From Eledone cirrhosa (lineage: Eukaryota): a stretch of DNA of 64,000 nucleotides. Numbering within the stretch: position 1 is the stretch's first letter; the number at the start of each line of letters is the position of its first letter. Shown here in pieces: positions 1 to 12,050 of this stretch. The notes under the pieces were generated by a model. The model was not told where the DNA came from and searched no databases. It saw nothing but the letters and a program-made list of their open reading frames with translations. The DNA is taken from contig OZ024740.1 of the NCBI GenBank assembly GCA_964016885.1, positions 367,722,001 to 367,786,000 on the forward strand, read 5' to 3'. A program made the translations under genes and the position numbers.

Positions 1-345
1 TCATCCACTAACACTAAAGAGTGGGACGTTCCAAGAAAGGTCTCCAGACGCCGGAAGAAATCCGGCCGCCCTGCTCCTGTCGGGGCATAGACGGCCACTA
101 GCCTGAAAGCTTGCCCATCTCTGCTGGTCACGTCCAGCACCTCCAACTTACCTTCTGGATCCAGGAAGATCGCCCGTATGGCGAGATCCAACCTTTCCGA
201 AAAAGCACAGCAACTCCTTCCCCCGATCCAGGATGGCTGGGAGATGCGTAGACATCGTAGCCGCCGAAGATCGGCCCGTGCTTCGGCGATTTTGGTCTCA
301 CTGATGGCCACTACATATATGCTGCCTATTCTGAGTGAGGTCATG
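1..345 (-). pseudogene. APE-type endonuclease N-terminus of LINE ORF2 (frameshifted)
   Basis: Manual translation gives VVAISETK, GVAVLFRK, LDPEGKLEVLDV and FRLVAVYAPTGAGRPDFFRRLETFL..SLVLVD, which are typical L1/Tx1 APE motifs. Confidence 0.8.
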
Positions 346-951
346 TTGAAATGGAGTGGAAAAGATGGGAAAGACCACTTACCTTACTTCTCGTAGAGGA
401 AGGATGGTTTCTCCATCCTTTTCACTGATTGTGGCCTCCTCCAGAACGATGTCCTTATAAATCCTCGTGGAGAGTGCTTGTCAGAAAACTCCGATACCTT
501 TGGGAATTTTTGTTTTAGTGTCGTGTACATTTTCTGTGTTATGCGAGTGATTTGTATGTGTGGAGGTGGTGTGAACTTTGGGGTTGTTGTGTAGTCTTTT
601 TCTGTGATGCTGGTGTTGTGTTGGATGCAGTGTAATCATTGGTTGTTGTTCAAATTTAATGCTGTGTAGTGTGTATCGTTTTGGTTGTTTTGTTTTGTTT
701 GCGTTTGTTGTGGGTTTATTTCTGTTTCGCTTTTTGGTGAATTTTCTGGTGTTGATGATGGTGGTGTTGGGGTTAATCATGGTGATGGTGTTGGTGTTTG
801 TGGTGATGGGGTTGCTGATGCTGGTATGGACGGTGGCATAGCTGTCCTAACTTTTTTGTTTGATAGTTTATTTGTTTCTCTCTGTATTTTGTTTTTGGAG
901 GGGGAGGATAGTGAATTTTTTCCTTTTTGGTTTCTTTTTTTCTTTTTTCTT

Positions 952-2290
952 CTATACCGTTTCCCACTCCTCGTCGTCACAATCTGTCTCCAGTTGTGAT
1001 AGGCCGGGGAGTGCAAAATCCTCCACAGGCATTGGTTTTGGTTGTGGCGTGGTGGATGGTGTAGGCGCTGGTGCTAGTTCTAGCGCGTTTTGTGGTGGTG
1101 GTGTTGGTTTTGCTACTGTTGCTGGGGTTGTTACTATTACAGTTGCTTCTGTTGTTGCTGCTACAGTTGTTGCTGCCATTTCTGCTGCTGGTGGTGTTGA
1201 TGGTTGAGTCATTGGCGTGGGTAAGAGAGGTGGCTTCAACCTTTTAGCCTGAGGGAAGAAAGCCCTTAGGTGGGTTCCTTGACCACAAACAACACACCTA
1301 GGCCTTCTGCCTTCGACGATTACGGTGAGGTGGCTGCCGTCAGTGAGGTCTATTACCTCTGGGATCTCCTCAATGCTTTTTTGGTCCGATTGGATCAGGA
1401 GCTCCATCCCAGATCCGGACCAGTTCTCCTGCTTTTCCTTCGCTATTTCGATTATCTTGGTGTTGGCTTCGAAGTCGGCGAGGACGGCAGCTATTAGCCA
1501 GGCAATTTCGATGTCCGGTGGACCGTGGCTCACCCTGATCTTCACGAATCTCTGGCCACAATAGCTTGGGACGAGTGTGAAGTCGTCACTTCTTACGGGG
1601 GCCATGCAGTGTTCTCTAACCTCCTGTGGTGTTTCAAAGAACACGTCTACTGTTCCATATTTCTGCCCACGTCTGATGTTGTTTTCTTTTGCCCACACAT
1701 GTCCCAAAGATTTTGGATTTGGGACTCGGATGCCGGTTCTACTCGGCGCGATTTTATATTAATCGTCCAATAGGACACGGTGCATAGGCGCCGATGGTAC
1801 ATTTTATTATGTGGGGGGGGGGGGTGAGGCTGACCCTGTACCCATCTTTCTTTACCATTTCTTTGGCTTCTTCTAATTCCTCCTGAGTTACCGTGAATGC
1901 TTCGCACTTTTTTGCTACTCTCGTAAAACTCAGGGTGGTTTTCTTAATTTCATTGTTGCTGTTGTTGTTATCGTTATTTTTGTTATTGTTAATTTTAGTT
2001 TCAGTTGTAGTGGTGGTCGCGTCAGTGGTGTTCGGTGTGAAAGAGTTCATTTTGGTTGAATTCATTTCGATATCACCAGTTAATTTATTTTTTTCTTTTG
2101 TTTCTGTTGTCGCTGTGGTGGTGGTGGTGGTGGCGGCTTTAACACCTGCAGTCATTGGTAATGGCGGGAAATGAATGTCTGCCTGAGACAAATTTAAAAT
2201 ATTGCTACTGCTTATATTTTTAGTGTTGGCAAACGTAGTAATATTTAGAATGGTTGTGTCGATGTGAGGTGTTAGTTTGTGAGTCGTCAA
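952..2290 (-). pseudogene. LINE ORF1 (gag-like) with degenerate zinc knuckle
   Basis: ORFs 1754-2290 and 952-1707 are joined by frameshifts. VIVEGRRPRCVVCGQGTHLRAFFP is a CX2CX4HX4C knuckle with the last Cys lost. A Pro/Thr-rich region follows, then EEWETV. Confidence 0.8.
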
Positions 2291-2483
2291 TGATTTTTTA
2301 AAGAAAAATCTTTGTTTGATAATTATAAAAGTTTAAATTTTTGAGTGTCTTTTTACGAAAACAATGTATGTGCACTTATATGCAGTTAACTATAAAAATT
2401 TTCCAATAATGGCCATTTTAAACAACTGGAAATAACAAACTTTTGCGGAGCTCACGATAATACGATTTACTACGTAGGTCGCC

Positions 2484-2536
<53 letters not shown>

Positions 2537-2701
2537 TAATGATTTCTTTATTTCTTTCTTTATTTTAATAATAATAATTAATATTTAATATATATAGATA
2601 TAATCCTGGTCGAGCCCTCTTCGGATTTTAGTCTCCACATTTATATAAATATATATAAAACCCGTAGATTAATTTGGCCATATAATATATATAAATATGT
2701 A

Positions 2702-2752
<51 letters not shown>

Positions 2753-2807
2753 GTGAGGTTTTTTTTACAAAATGAAAAATAACCGAGGTGTCCTACACGA
2801 GTGAAAG

Positions 2808-3096
2808 TATAAAGAAAAAGAGATGAAATCGAAAATGCAACTGGAGTCTTATTTTTTTAAAAATATATATATTTATTTGGCTCCTGTACCGGTTTCGCAG
2901 TTCTTCTGCTTTTCAAAAGGTGAGTTGAGATGGAGGGTCTGTGGTTTTTCTCACATCTGAGAAAAACCACAGACCCTCCATCTCAACTCACCTTTTGAAA
3001 AGCAGAAGAACTGCGAAACCGGTACAGGAGCCAAATAAATATATATATTTAAAAAAAAATAAGACTCCAGTTGCATTTTCGATTTCATCTCTTTTT

Positions 3097-3103
<7 letters not shown>
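2808..3103. repeat. Near-perfect palindrome (arms ~146 bp, 4-nt centre) of Penelope pLTR-like sequence between (TA)n tracts
   Basis: Arm 2808-2953 is the reverse complement of 2958-3103. Confidence 0.95.
2991..3028 (+). ncRNA. Degenerate minimal type I hammerhead ribozyme (mirror copy 2883-2920 on minus)
   Basis: CCTt-TTGAAAA-GCAG aagaa CTGC-GAAA-CCGG-TA-cAGG followed by AATAAA. Stem II and palindromic stem III are intact; the core has decayed from CTGAAGA. Confidence 0.6.
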
Positions 3104-3165
<62 letters not shown>

Positions 3166-3289
3166 TAAATCTACCAAAATATACGCTAGTGTCCAATTCG
3201 TATGAAGAACTCAATGTAATCCGAATATCATGAAAATAGAAGATGCATTCAAAAGTTTTCGATGAAAATCACAGGAAAACAGAGTCAAG

Positions 3290-3393
3290 ATAAATTAATA
3301 AAAACAATGAATAAAAACAAAGAACAAGTTCCTTATATTTTTTAATATAAGGAACTTATTCTTTGTTTTTATTCATTGTTTTTATTCATTTAT
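3290..3393. repeat. AT-rich palindrome (~50-bp arms) abutting (TA)n
   Basis: ataaaaacaatgaataaaaacaaagaacaagttccttatatt is mirrored by aatataaggaacttattctttgtttttattcattgtttttat. Confidence 0.85.
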
Positions 3394-3509
3394 ATATATA
3401 TATATATATATAGATTTTGAGTTTATGTTGGTTGTATACCAACACCTCAGTATGCAGGCTGGAGCACTCGACGAAGTGCGCAGGTTGGTTTGGTTACTCC
3501 GGAGTAGTG

Positions 3510-3731
3510 TAAAATAAAGTTAAATAAAAGTCAAATGATTAAAATTTAGCTTCGTTTATTACTGCTATATATATTTCAGTGACAGCCATCTTTGGCTGTG
3601 ACCTCTTCAGGCAGTTTGAATTAGTATTTCAAACTGCCTGAAGAGGTCACAGCCAAAGATGGCTGTCACTGAAATATATATACCAGTAATAAACGAAGCT
3701 CAATTTTAATCATTTGACTTTTATTTAACTT

Positions 3732-3738
<7 letters not shown>
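3510..3738. repeat. Palindrome (arms ~110 bp, 7-nt loop) of Penelope pLTR containing two hammerheads
   Basis: 3510-3620 is the reverse complement of 3628-3738. Flanked by (TA)n. Confidence 0.95.
3561..3615 (-). ncRNA. Minimal type I hammerhead ribozyme, intact core (mirror copy 3633-3687 on plus has one stem I mismatch)
   Basis: ACTGC-CTGAAGA-GGTCACAGCCA aaga TGGCTGTCACT-GAAA-TATATA-TA-GCAGT, then AATAAA. Confidence 0.88.
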
Positions 3739-3823
<85 letters not shown>

Positions 3824-3829
3824 TTAGTT

Positions 3830-4150
3830 TGCGGGTTGTTACTATTCCACTCGTGTTTTCTTTTCTATCTTCTCTTATATGTGTAGACTCAGTAATGTTT
3901 CTGAGTGTTGCAACAGTTCTGTGTGTAGATAACATCATTATTTCTATGCTCTCTATTGACTCCCCGTGTTCCCGTTTTGTAAGTTGGGATAGCACTGATC
4001 ATCTTTTCTCCACATCATGTTCTCGCCAGTTTTTCTACATTCCCTCACTATGGCTACACTCTGTCTCTCCTCTGTATATCGCAGTCTTCTTCTTCACCAT
4101 CACTCTATGCATTTCATCCAATATAAAACTGTTCTACTAATTTCATCCTT
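3830..4150 (-). pseudogene. Penelope-like GIY-YIG endonuclease remnant
   Basis: Manual translation: VLYWMKCIE...KKKTAIYRGETECS...REH...SVLSQLTKREHG...TLRNITESTHIRE..EN, with stops and frameshifts. Confidence 0.6.
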
Positions 4151-4439
4151 ATGTTTGTTTTTGTCTAATGCGCTTTTAAAATTATACGCTATTTTACTTC
4201 TAGGGACATCATTGACGAACATAACACTGTTATGTTTGGCTGTCATATCATGAGCTGCTTTTCCTTAGTTCTTTGTACACTATTCCATGATTTGCTCCTA
4301 TATAGTGGGCAAATCGCATACGCGTCCTTCTACCCAATGGTTTTATATTTATACATGGCTTATTTGTATACCCTGATCCCGTCTATCTGGTTGTAACCAG
4401 AGAACTGCACACACATATGTGAATGTGTGGCGTTATTCC

Positions 4440-4845
4440 AAATCCATCGGAGCAATCCATTTTGACAGCTTGTCTTTGCGATCGTATTCCTTCTTACATT
4501 ACTCAATGTTCGTGATCATACGTAATGGTAGGAACTAACATTAAATTGAAAATAGTGAGCTTGGCATTTACAGTTAACCCCGTATTTTGATGACCTTGTA
4601 TTGAAGCTGGCCAATTGTTACAACTTTATCCGGCAATTCACGGATTCAATTCAGCCTCCTACATTGCACCATTTATGAAAATGCATCCGCGATAGTTGAA
4701 ATTCTCCACCTGCATGAATGGAACTTTACACACATGTAGACTGCACTGCAAAGGCTCTTTTCAGAGTGGGGTTCCACTGATTTGTGTCACTGATTTTCAC
4801 TCATAACTTGTAGCACTCTGCAGCAAACATCATAAGCTCCCAAAT
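4440..4845 (-). pseudogene. Old RTE-clade (Rex3/Expander-like) RT C-terminal remnant
   Basis: MQVENFNYRGCIF...AKLTIFNLMLVPTITYDHEH*VM*EGIRSQRQAVKM matches the RTE pattern QVEKFKYLG...AKL.IF....P.LTYG.E.W. Confidence 0.65.
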
Positions 4846-5290
4846 CTAAAACAGAATGTAGCTTGTCTCTTTTGCAAACTATAATTAAAATAAGATAAAA
4901 CTAAAGTTAGCGTTGTCTCATGAATGAACTTATACAGCCCCATTTCCTCTTTAGCAGTACGTTAATTCTTTCAACATCTCGTTATTCCTCTTCTCTCGCG
5001 TTTAACCTACGCATCTTTTTCTCTCTATTAGCCCTTTTCTCTCTTCTTTTAACTCCTTTCTACTTCTCACATCACTCTTTCTCCCTCCCTTCCACAATCT
5101 GATTCTCTTTTCTTTCTTTCTCAATCCCCCTTTCAATCTCTTTCCCTCCTTCTTGAAAACGGAGTAAGAAAGCTGCAAATCAAATCACCAGATTTTTCGA
5201 TATGCATACGGAAATATGCACAATTGAATTTAAATATATTGATTGCTTGTACATTTTGACCATTTCTTATCCGTGATGTAGTGTATATAT

Positions 5291-5397
5291 TTGTGTGTGT
5301 GTTTGTGTCTGTGTGAGTGTCTCTGTGTGTACGTGTGTGTGTATATGTGTGTGTCTCTCTCTGTGCGTGTGTGTGTGTTTGTGTGTGTGTGTATGTA

Positions 5398-5482
<85 letters not shown>
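5291..5482. repeat. (GT)n microsatellite
   Basis: Directly visible. Confidence 0.95.
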
Positions 5483-5485
<3 letters not shown>

Positions 5486-6189
5486 TTTTGCAAGATTCTT
5501 GGGTGTGAAATCGTGAATTGAAATCAAGATTGTTTTATTTCGGGATGGTCATGTTGTCAGTGTTGCCTATAAAAAATAAAACACATTTTTTACTTCATTT
5601 TTATTAACAGTTATTCGTCAGTTCTTCAAAGTGCTTTCGTCACACATTGTCACTCAAAGGTCAAAAAGACCCCCAGGGAAGTATGGAGCATGTGGAACCC
5701 AGCGATACAGACCACCGAAAACAACGACCAGGTGAGAAAAATGATCACACATGCGTTGGGAGTATTTAAAGTACTCGAGGAGCCATGTATTTAAGTTCAA
5801 TAATAAATCATATGCTCAATTATAGTTCATCAGGTTTGGCCAATCTGTTCTTGGTGTGGTGGGACATGAGACTCTCAACCATGTTGATGATATCAATATA
5901 GAAGTGAATACCCTCGCGAGTCAGTACCCATGAACCTAACCACAGCAACTATAGACTACCAGTGTTAAACACAGAACTCTAAGTAACTGATATATCAGAG
6001 TTCAGCTATCTCAGATAGGGCAGAGTTCAATGTTCTGGTGACGGACCTGGTAAGGGGAATAAGTATTGTGCCACGAACATGTGATCTCACATGATTAAAT
6101 AAAGAGAAAGTGATCTCCGACTAGCACTTGATAAGCTAGTTGTCGAGTTCTGCATGCTTTTAATGAACACGTGTCCTCTCAAGGAAGGC

Positions 6190-6285
6190 GGCTCATTTCA
6201 CTCTACATGTGAATGAAGTTCCACACAAGCAGTTGGAGAAATTCAAGTATCTCGAAGCCGTGATTACAAGTGTTGGAAGAAAGAG
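6190..6285 (+). pseudogene. RTE-clade RT fragment
   Basis: LHVNEVPHKQLEKFKYLEAVITSVGR. Confidence 0.55.
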
Positions 6286-6304
6286 GTTGAATAAGAAGCA
6301 GTAG

Positions 6305-6679
6305 CAATAACAAAAGGATTAGTAGCAATAGCAAGATTGGAATATGTTCTTTAATTCCCCACAAATGCATATCTGTCCCCTTTTCCATCTCTACAGCTAT
6401 TTTACTCCACTTACTCCATTAGTAATTATAACTATCAACTAATAATTTTATTTTGCGACATTGTGGCTGACCTGCTGTCAAAATCACTGAATTGTTTTGT
6501 GAATTAACCCACTAGAATAGTAGTAGTAGTGGTAGTGGTGGTGATGGTGGTGGTGGTGATGCTGGTGGTGGTGGTGGTGGTGGTATTGGCGATGGTGTTG
6601 TTGGAGGTGGTTGTGCTGTTAGTAGTGGATGTGACGGTAGTAGTAGTAGATGAACGAGGAAGAAGAAGAAGAAGAAGAA

Positions 6680-6726
<47 letters not shown>

Positions 6727-6750
6727 AGAAGAAGAAGAAGAAGAAGAAGA
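6305..6750 (+). repeat. ~430-bp segment duplicated at 12203-12584, including (GGT)n and (GAA)n tracts
   Basis: Shared blocks such as caatagcaagattggaatatgtt, ccatctctacagctattttactcca, ttagtaattataactatcaactaataattttattt and ggcgatggtgttgttggaggtggttgtgctgttagt. Confidence 0.85.
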
Positions 6751-6819
6751 AAAAAAGTCGAAGAAGAAAAAGAAAAGAAAAAGAAAAAGAAAAAGAAAAA
6801 GAAAAAGAAACAACATAAT

Positions 6820-7009
6820 AATAATTGTTTCTACTTTTGGCACAAGGCCAGCAATTACCCAGTGCATTACTGGTACTTTATTTTATCGACCCCGTAAGGA
6901 TGAATGGCAAAGTAAACCTCGGCGGGATTTGAACTCAGAATGGCAAGGACCGTAACTCTATGCGTCAAAGCATGGCGTCCGACCCACTACCGATACTGCC
7001 AATCCACCA
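6820..7009 (-). mobile_element. tRNA-derived SINE, full length
   Basis: A box TGGCAGTATCGG, B box GAGTTCAAATCC, central CTTTGCCWTTCATCCTTACGGGGTCGATAAAATAAAGTACC (resembles the Meta/MESC-type SINE domain, from memory), tail GGCCTTGTGCCAAAAGTAGAAACAATT. Confidence 0.9.
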
Positions 7010-7011
7010 AT

Positions 7012-9708
7012 AATAATGATTTAATTTATTAGACACAAGGGCCGACATGTAAGGGGACAATATAAAGACAGGGTCAGTGTGGCTTTACAATAAGGTCGAG
7101 CAAAATTGCTCAATGGCAAGACTAATTTAACACTGAAGATATTAAAATATAAAAATAAACTATGCATAAATATAACAAAATAAATTCTCCGATAGGGGGA
7201 GGACGACCCTGGGGTGAATCAGGTACCCCACCAATCCTGAACCACCCTGCGCTTCTAGGGCACCCAGGGAGAGCTACCCTCTCTTCAAGTTAGCTAGCCT
7301 ATAGGCGCATTGTCATTCTCGGACCATTCTTCCCACATTCATCCACCTTTTAGCAAATGTACTAGGGGGCAGCACTTCTCTCTCCACCCTCACCTTCCTT
7401 TCCAGCTGAAACTTGAAGAAGGATTGGCCGAAGAGAAAAGTGTCTGTCTTCAGTCCTTTTAATCTGGTCCACCATATAACCTCTTTCGCAACGGCCACCA
7501 GACAGACGAACATTTCCTGCTCTTCCTGACCTTAGGAAGGCGGCGGGTCGATATTCACTATGGACTCGGTCGATAGTCGGATTCGTTCCGCACTTGACAG
7601 TAGCTGTTTGATATAACACCACAGGTCAGTAATGTACGGACATTGGATAAGTGCGTGCAGAACGGTTTCGTCGTTCTGTGCGCATCTTGGGCAGGTCCGT
7701 CTGACAGCACTTCTGTGCCTGTAGAGTTTATCCCGAACCGGCAGTGCCTCCCGGTAGCACTGTCGAGCGAGGGATTTCTGGAAATTGTCCATCGTCCCCG
7801 GCTCCAAAGTCCTCCGGTACAGACTTGCCAGTTCGACTTCGTCGAGGCCCAAAGCTTCTCCGGTGGCGTCATTGCACATGCCCACCACTAATCCTCTATA
7901 GAACTCGAGAGTGGAAGTTCCACTGATCGCATTGCCCGCTTGGTAGAAGGCAGTGAGTGCCTGGCAACATTCCAGGTGCCAGTCACCCAGTCTCGGTCTC
8001 TTCTTGACCCAGGACTGCAGCTCAGTCAAAGAAACGAGCTGCGGAAAGGCTCGTCGGATAAACAGCGACCACACCTGTTAACCGTTTAGGCAGAATATCT
8101 GGAGATGTCGCAGCCTCAACGTATGTCTGCGCATCATTAGCCACGGCATGCCCAGCCCTCCGCGTAGAGGGTGCTGGCAGCAGATGGACCGGCTCACCAA
8201 CTGAACTTGTCCCCTCCACAATAATTTGAAGAGGAGCCGTTCCAACTTGACGAGGCGCGATGTACGCATTCGCCACCTTCGCGCGACCTTTCAGTGATAG
8301 CTTCCTCCCAGCCCATTTTTGGATGAGACTGGATACTCTGCTCGGTACCTCGTCCCAATTCTTTTCCACCTGGAGGTCTGGTCCGAACCAAACCCCGAGC
8401 AACTTTACCGGTCCGCCCGTCCAGCGCCCTCGAAGCTGTTGGATGGCATAGGCTTGCCTCTCCAGGTTCTGAGCTGCAAACCCACCGACTTTTCCGGGTT
8501 AAGTTTGGCTCCTGTCAACCTTTCATATTCCTTCAATAAGGTGCCAACCCCCTCGATTTCTGAGGTGTCCGACACCATCACGGCAATGGCGTCCGCATAA
8601 GCCGACACCGCCTTTCCACGTCCCGGTTTGAGCGGGATGCAGTGCAACAGCTCCAGCTTCCGCAGTAAAGGCTAGAGAATCAATACGTAGAGAAGGGAAG
8701 AGAGAGTGCACCCTTGACGGACCGATTGGGAGAGCCGAAATAGTTCCGAGAGGTGGCCATTAACCTTGACCACAGAGCGTGTGCCGCTGCAGGTTCTGAA
8801 GACAGAGCCGAAGCCAGCCGCTTTGAGGACAAACTCCAGATACCGATGGTCGACCTTATCAAATGCTTTCGATTGATCTAAATTGATCAGTGCCCCACTG
8901 CAGCCAGGTTTACACTCGACCCTCTCTATGATGTATTGCATGAGGTGGAGATTGTCGTGTATGGACCTGGCTGGGATTGCGCAAGTTTGCGCCTCCCCAA
9001 CCAAATCCTCGACGACAAGCGCCAATCTCTTTGCTAACACCTTGGCCCAAATCTTAAACTCTGTGTTGAACATAGTTATGGGCCTAAGTTGTCTAATGTA
9101 TCCCTCTTGTTCACTTCTTTCCTTATCAGCGTCACCACACCCCGCTCACAGAACTGAGAATACTCCCATTCTGCTGCCAGTTGCCCTAGAGTGCTTTGAG
9201 GAGATCGGAGAACAAGTCTGGCATATATACGTAAAGCGCGTAGGGCAGGCCATCCAAACAGGGTGACTTGTGCCTCATGCAACCGACAAGGGCGTCCTGA
9301 ATTTCGGCTGAAGTAATCGGCCTTTCGCAGCGCTCAGCGTCGACCGGCGACATGCGCGTCAAGCCGTCAAGGTAGGGACACAAATCCGCTACTCTGTCTG
9401 ACTCGCCACTCTCCCCGAACAACCGAGCAAAGTGCTGGCGAAAGGCGAAAGCTGCAAATCAAATCACCAGATATTTCGATATGCATACGTAAATATGCAC
9501 AACCGCTTGGAATCGCTTATTTCCCACATCCGCTTGGAATTGTTTACCTCGTGTCCGTCTCGGTCCGCTACACGCTGCGCCTCCGCCACGCGGGCCCATC
9601 GAACAGCTTTGGTGCCCTCGTTACTCAGCGCACGCGCCTTAGCTCTGACAAGGCAACCTTCGTGTTTCGCATTGAAGAAGTGGTATAATGCCATTCTCGC
9701 CGCTAGCA
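7012..9708 (-). mobile_element. 5'-truncated L1/Tx1-clade LINE: disrupted RT, C-terminal CCHC, 3'UTR ending in (ATT)n
   Basis: KSPCLDGLP, NTEFKIWAKVLAKRL, LDQSKAFDKVDH, VRQGCTLS, AYADAI, HPLRGGLGMP, CPRCAQNDETVLHALIQCP. Many frameshifts. The 5' end abuts (GAA)n. Confidence 0.92.
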
Positions 9709-10277
9709 CAAGAAGAAGAAGAAGAAGAAGAAGAAGAAGAAGAAGAAGAAGAACCAATGATTTACACGTTTATTCAGTTATGAGTTTGTGTTGTCTCAAC
9801 TCAAACAATAATTACTTTCTTTATTTCTTTTTCATACATTCGATTACTTTTGCATGCTTTCAAATATTGAACTCTAGCAATTTTGTTTAATGTTTTCCAT
9901 ATACAGACCATCTTCAGTGTATGTGTGTGCATGTGTGTTTGCGTGGATGCGTATCTGTGTGTGAGCGTGTATGTGTGTGCGTGTGTGTGTGTGTGAGCGT
10001 GAGGTAGTGTGTGTGTATGTGTGTGTGTGTATGTGAATGTGTGTGTCTCGACAGGTGATGTTGATATCAACAAACTATAGCATACTACCCAACGATGTAA
10101 GGCAGTTCAGTTTCCAGCATATATATATGTGCGTGTGTGTGTATATATATATATATAAATGTGTTTTTGTGTATGCATATATATATGTGCATGTGTGTGT
10201 GTATATATATATATATATATGTGGGTATTTGTGATCTATATACACTGGTCATAGAAACACACTCATACACCCCCCTC

Positions 10278-10316
<39 letters not shown>

Positions 10317-10610
10317 ACACCAGCAGCTCTCTCTCTCTTTTCCATACTCCTTCTCTGTCTCCCCTCTCTCGCTATTTCAATCTACTCTCTCACAACAACT
10401 ATCTCTCCCCCCCTCTCTCTCTATGTTGATGTAGGTACCCGGAAGAACCCCATATCTCGGGAACCAGTGCTCCATTTAAGCGAAAAGTGTTTTATTCCAT
10501 TTGTATTCCCATTTCAGGTTCAACTTCCCTTCAAAGTATTTCCCCATTATGCACCCTTTTGGCTGTATTACATTACAGACAAGGAAGTAAGCATTCACAG
10601 AATCGTAGAA

Positions 10611-10664
<54 letters not shown>

Positions 10665-11289
10665 ATGTGTATGTATATATATATGTTTGTATATATGCAT
10701 GTGTGTGTGCATTGTATAGAAATTTACATAATTATAATAGTTATTTAGATATAATACCATGCACACATAATTGACATAACACCCTCCTTCAACTCTTGTC
10801 TACACGCGATGTTACGTTTTAAACGTAGCCTGCGACATCTGTGTGCATGAACATCCATTAAATTTAAGCTTTATTTTGTTGTTCATTAATTGTGCTTTCT
10901 CCATCTCCCAATTGTACTGTTTATTTATAAATTTCAAATTTCTTGTATATCATTCATTGCCAGACATTAATGTCAATGACTTGCTTTCTCTAGATTTCAC
11001 TAACTTGATATATATGTACACATAATTGATATGATGCAATTGCCCCCCCCCCCCCCCACACACACACACACTTGTACACACAGAGAAATTCACATTCAAT
11101 CACATATAATATATGTGGTAAGATACCACAATGTTAGTTCTGCGATTTGGTTTTGTTTATACATTTTAGATACATTAAAATATGTCCCAAACTTCAGCAC
11201 ATGTTTATATCGTAAAATAGTTTGGCCTTATCTAGTAATAAAAGCAATCATTATCAGGAGAGTTAGCATATAAGTATAAGCCTTCTCTC

Positions 11290-12050
11290 AAATCCAATAA
11301 ATATCTTTGATGCATCGATAAAAGCTCGTGTAACCCACAATAAAACCAGTAAGTTAACAAACCGTTCTTCAAATGCGGATATCTTTGACAGGATAGCTCC
11401 CTACTAAGCTAGAGCCAGAGAAAATAGCACTTTAAAGATAAAATACATTTCGCTGACCACACCCGAGTAATAGAAATAATAGAAATAATTACAAAATTAT
11501 AAGGCTTTCATCCCCACATCACAATTGATGACACCTACAATGTAGGTAAACTATTCTTATCTCTTATAGAGAGGTATTTCCCTGTATGTTACAAATATAG
11601 AAAGAAATTTAAAAAATGTAAGGTTACAAACAGCTACTCCTGTGCGGACAATGTTAGATGATCTATTCGAATCAAATCCAAGAGCTCTTACACAGCAGAT
11701 TTCCCCCGCAGAAAACAATAGACGTGCTCCCAAGCCGAACATCCAATGTCTTGATGTATACGACAAAGATCATTATGAAGCGTCTAGACCTAGCCCAGGA
11801 GGTCAAGACCTATATGCGAATATCGGGAAGCAGTTTCAAAAGCCCCTTCATAAACTACGGGATGACCTTTAGAAACCAGGAAAGATTCAACTAAGCTAGC
11901 TAGACATGTTCACGATATCTAGGATTGCCTACACACTAACATGTTAACGTGTGCATCTGCAATGCTGCAACAAACTCAGTTTGAAACGAGGCTATGTAAT
12001 ACAACATATATGAGACACTTTACTGAATAACGTTGAGAATTAGTATCCGA
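11290..12050 (+). pseudogene. Degenerate Penelope-like element: RT thumb plus GIY-YIG
   Basis: KLTNRSSNADIFDRIAPY; NVGKLFLSLIERYFP...KVTNSYSCADNV; SNVLMY...KTYMRISGSSFKSPFINYGMTFRN...STKLARHV. Confidence 0.75.

Larger units (their letters stand above)
1..2483 (-). mobile_element. L1/Tx1-clade non-LTR retrotransposon, 5' part (5'UTR, frameshifted ORF1, start of ORF2 APE endonuclease); runs off the window
   Basis: Minus strand begins GGCGACCTACG at 2483 directly against (AAT)n. ORF1 pieces at 1754-2290, 952-1707 and 481-1016. APE motifs at 1-345. Confidence 0.85.

Noticed and set aside
4749-4766. CAAAGGCTCTTTTCAGAG resembling the histone 3' stem-loop
   Set aside because: The closing CC is replaced by TG, there is no histone ORF upstream, and it lies antisense within an RTE remnant.
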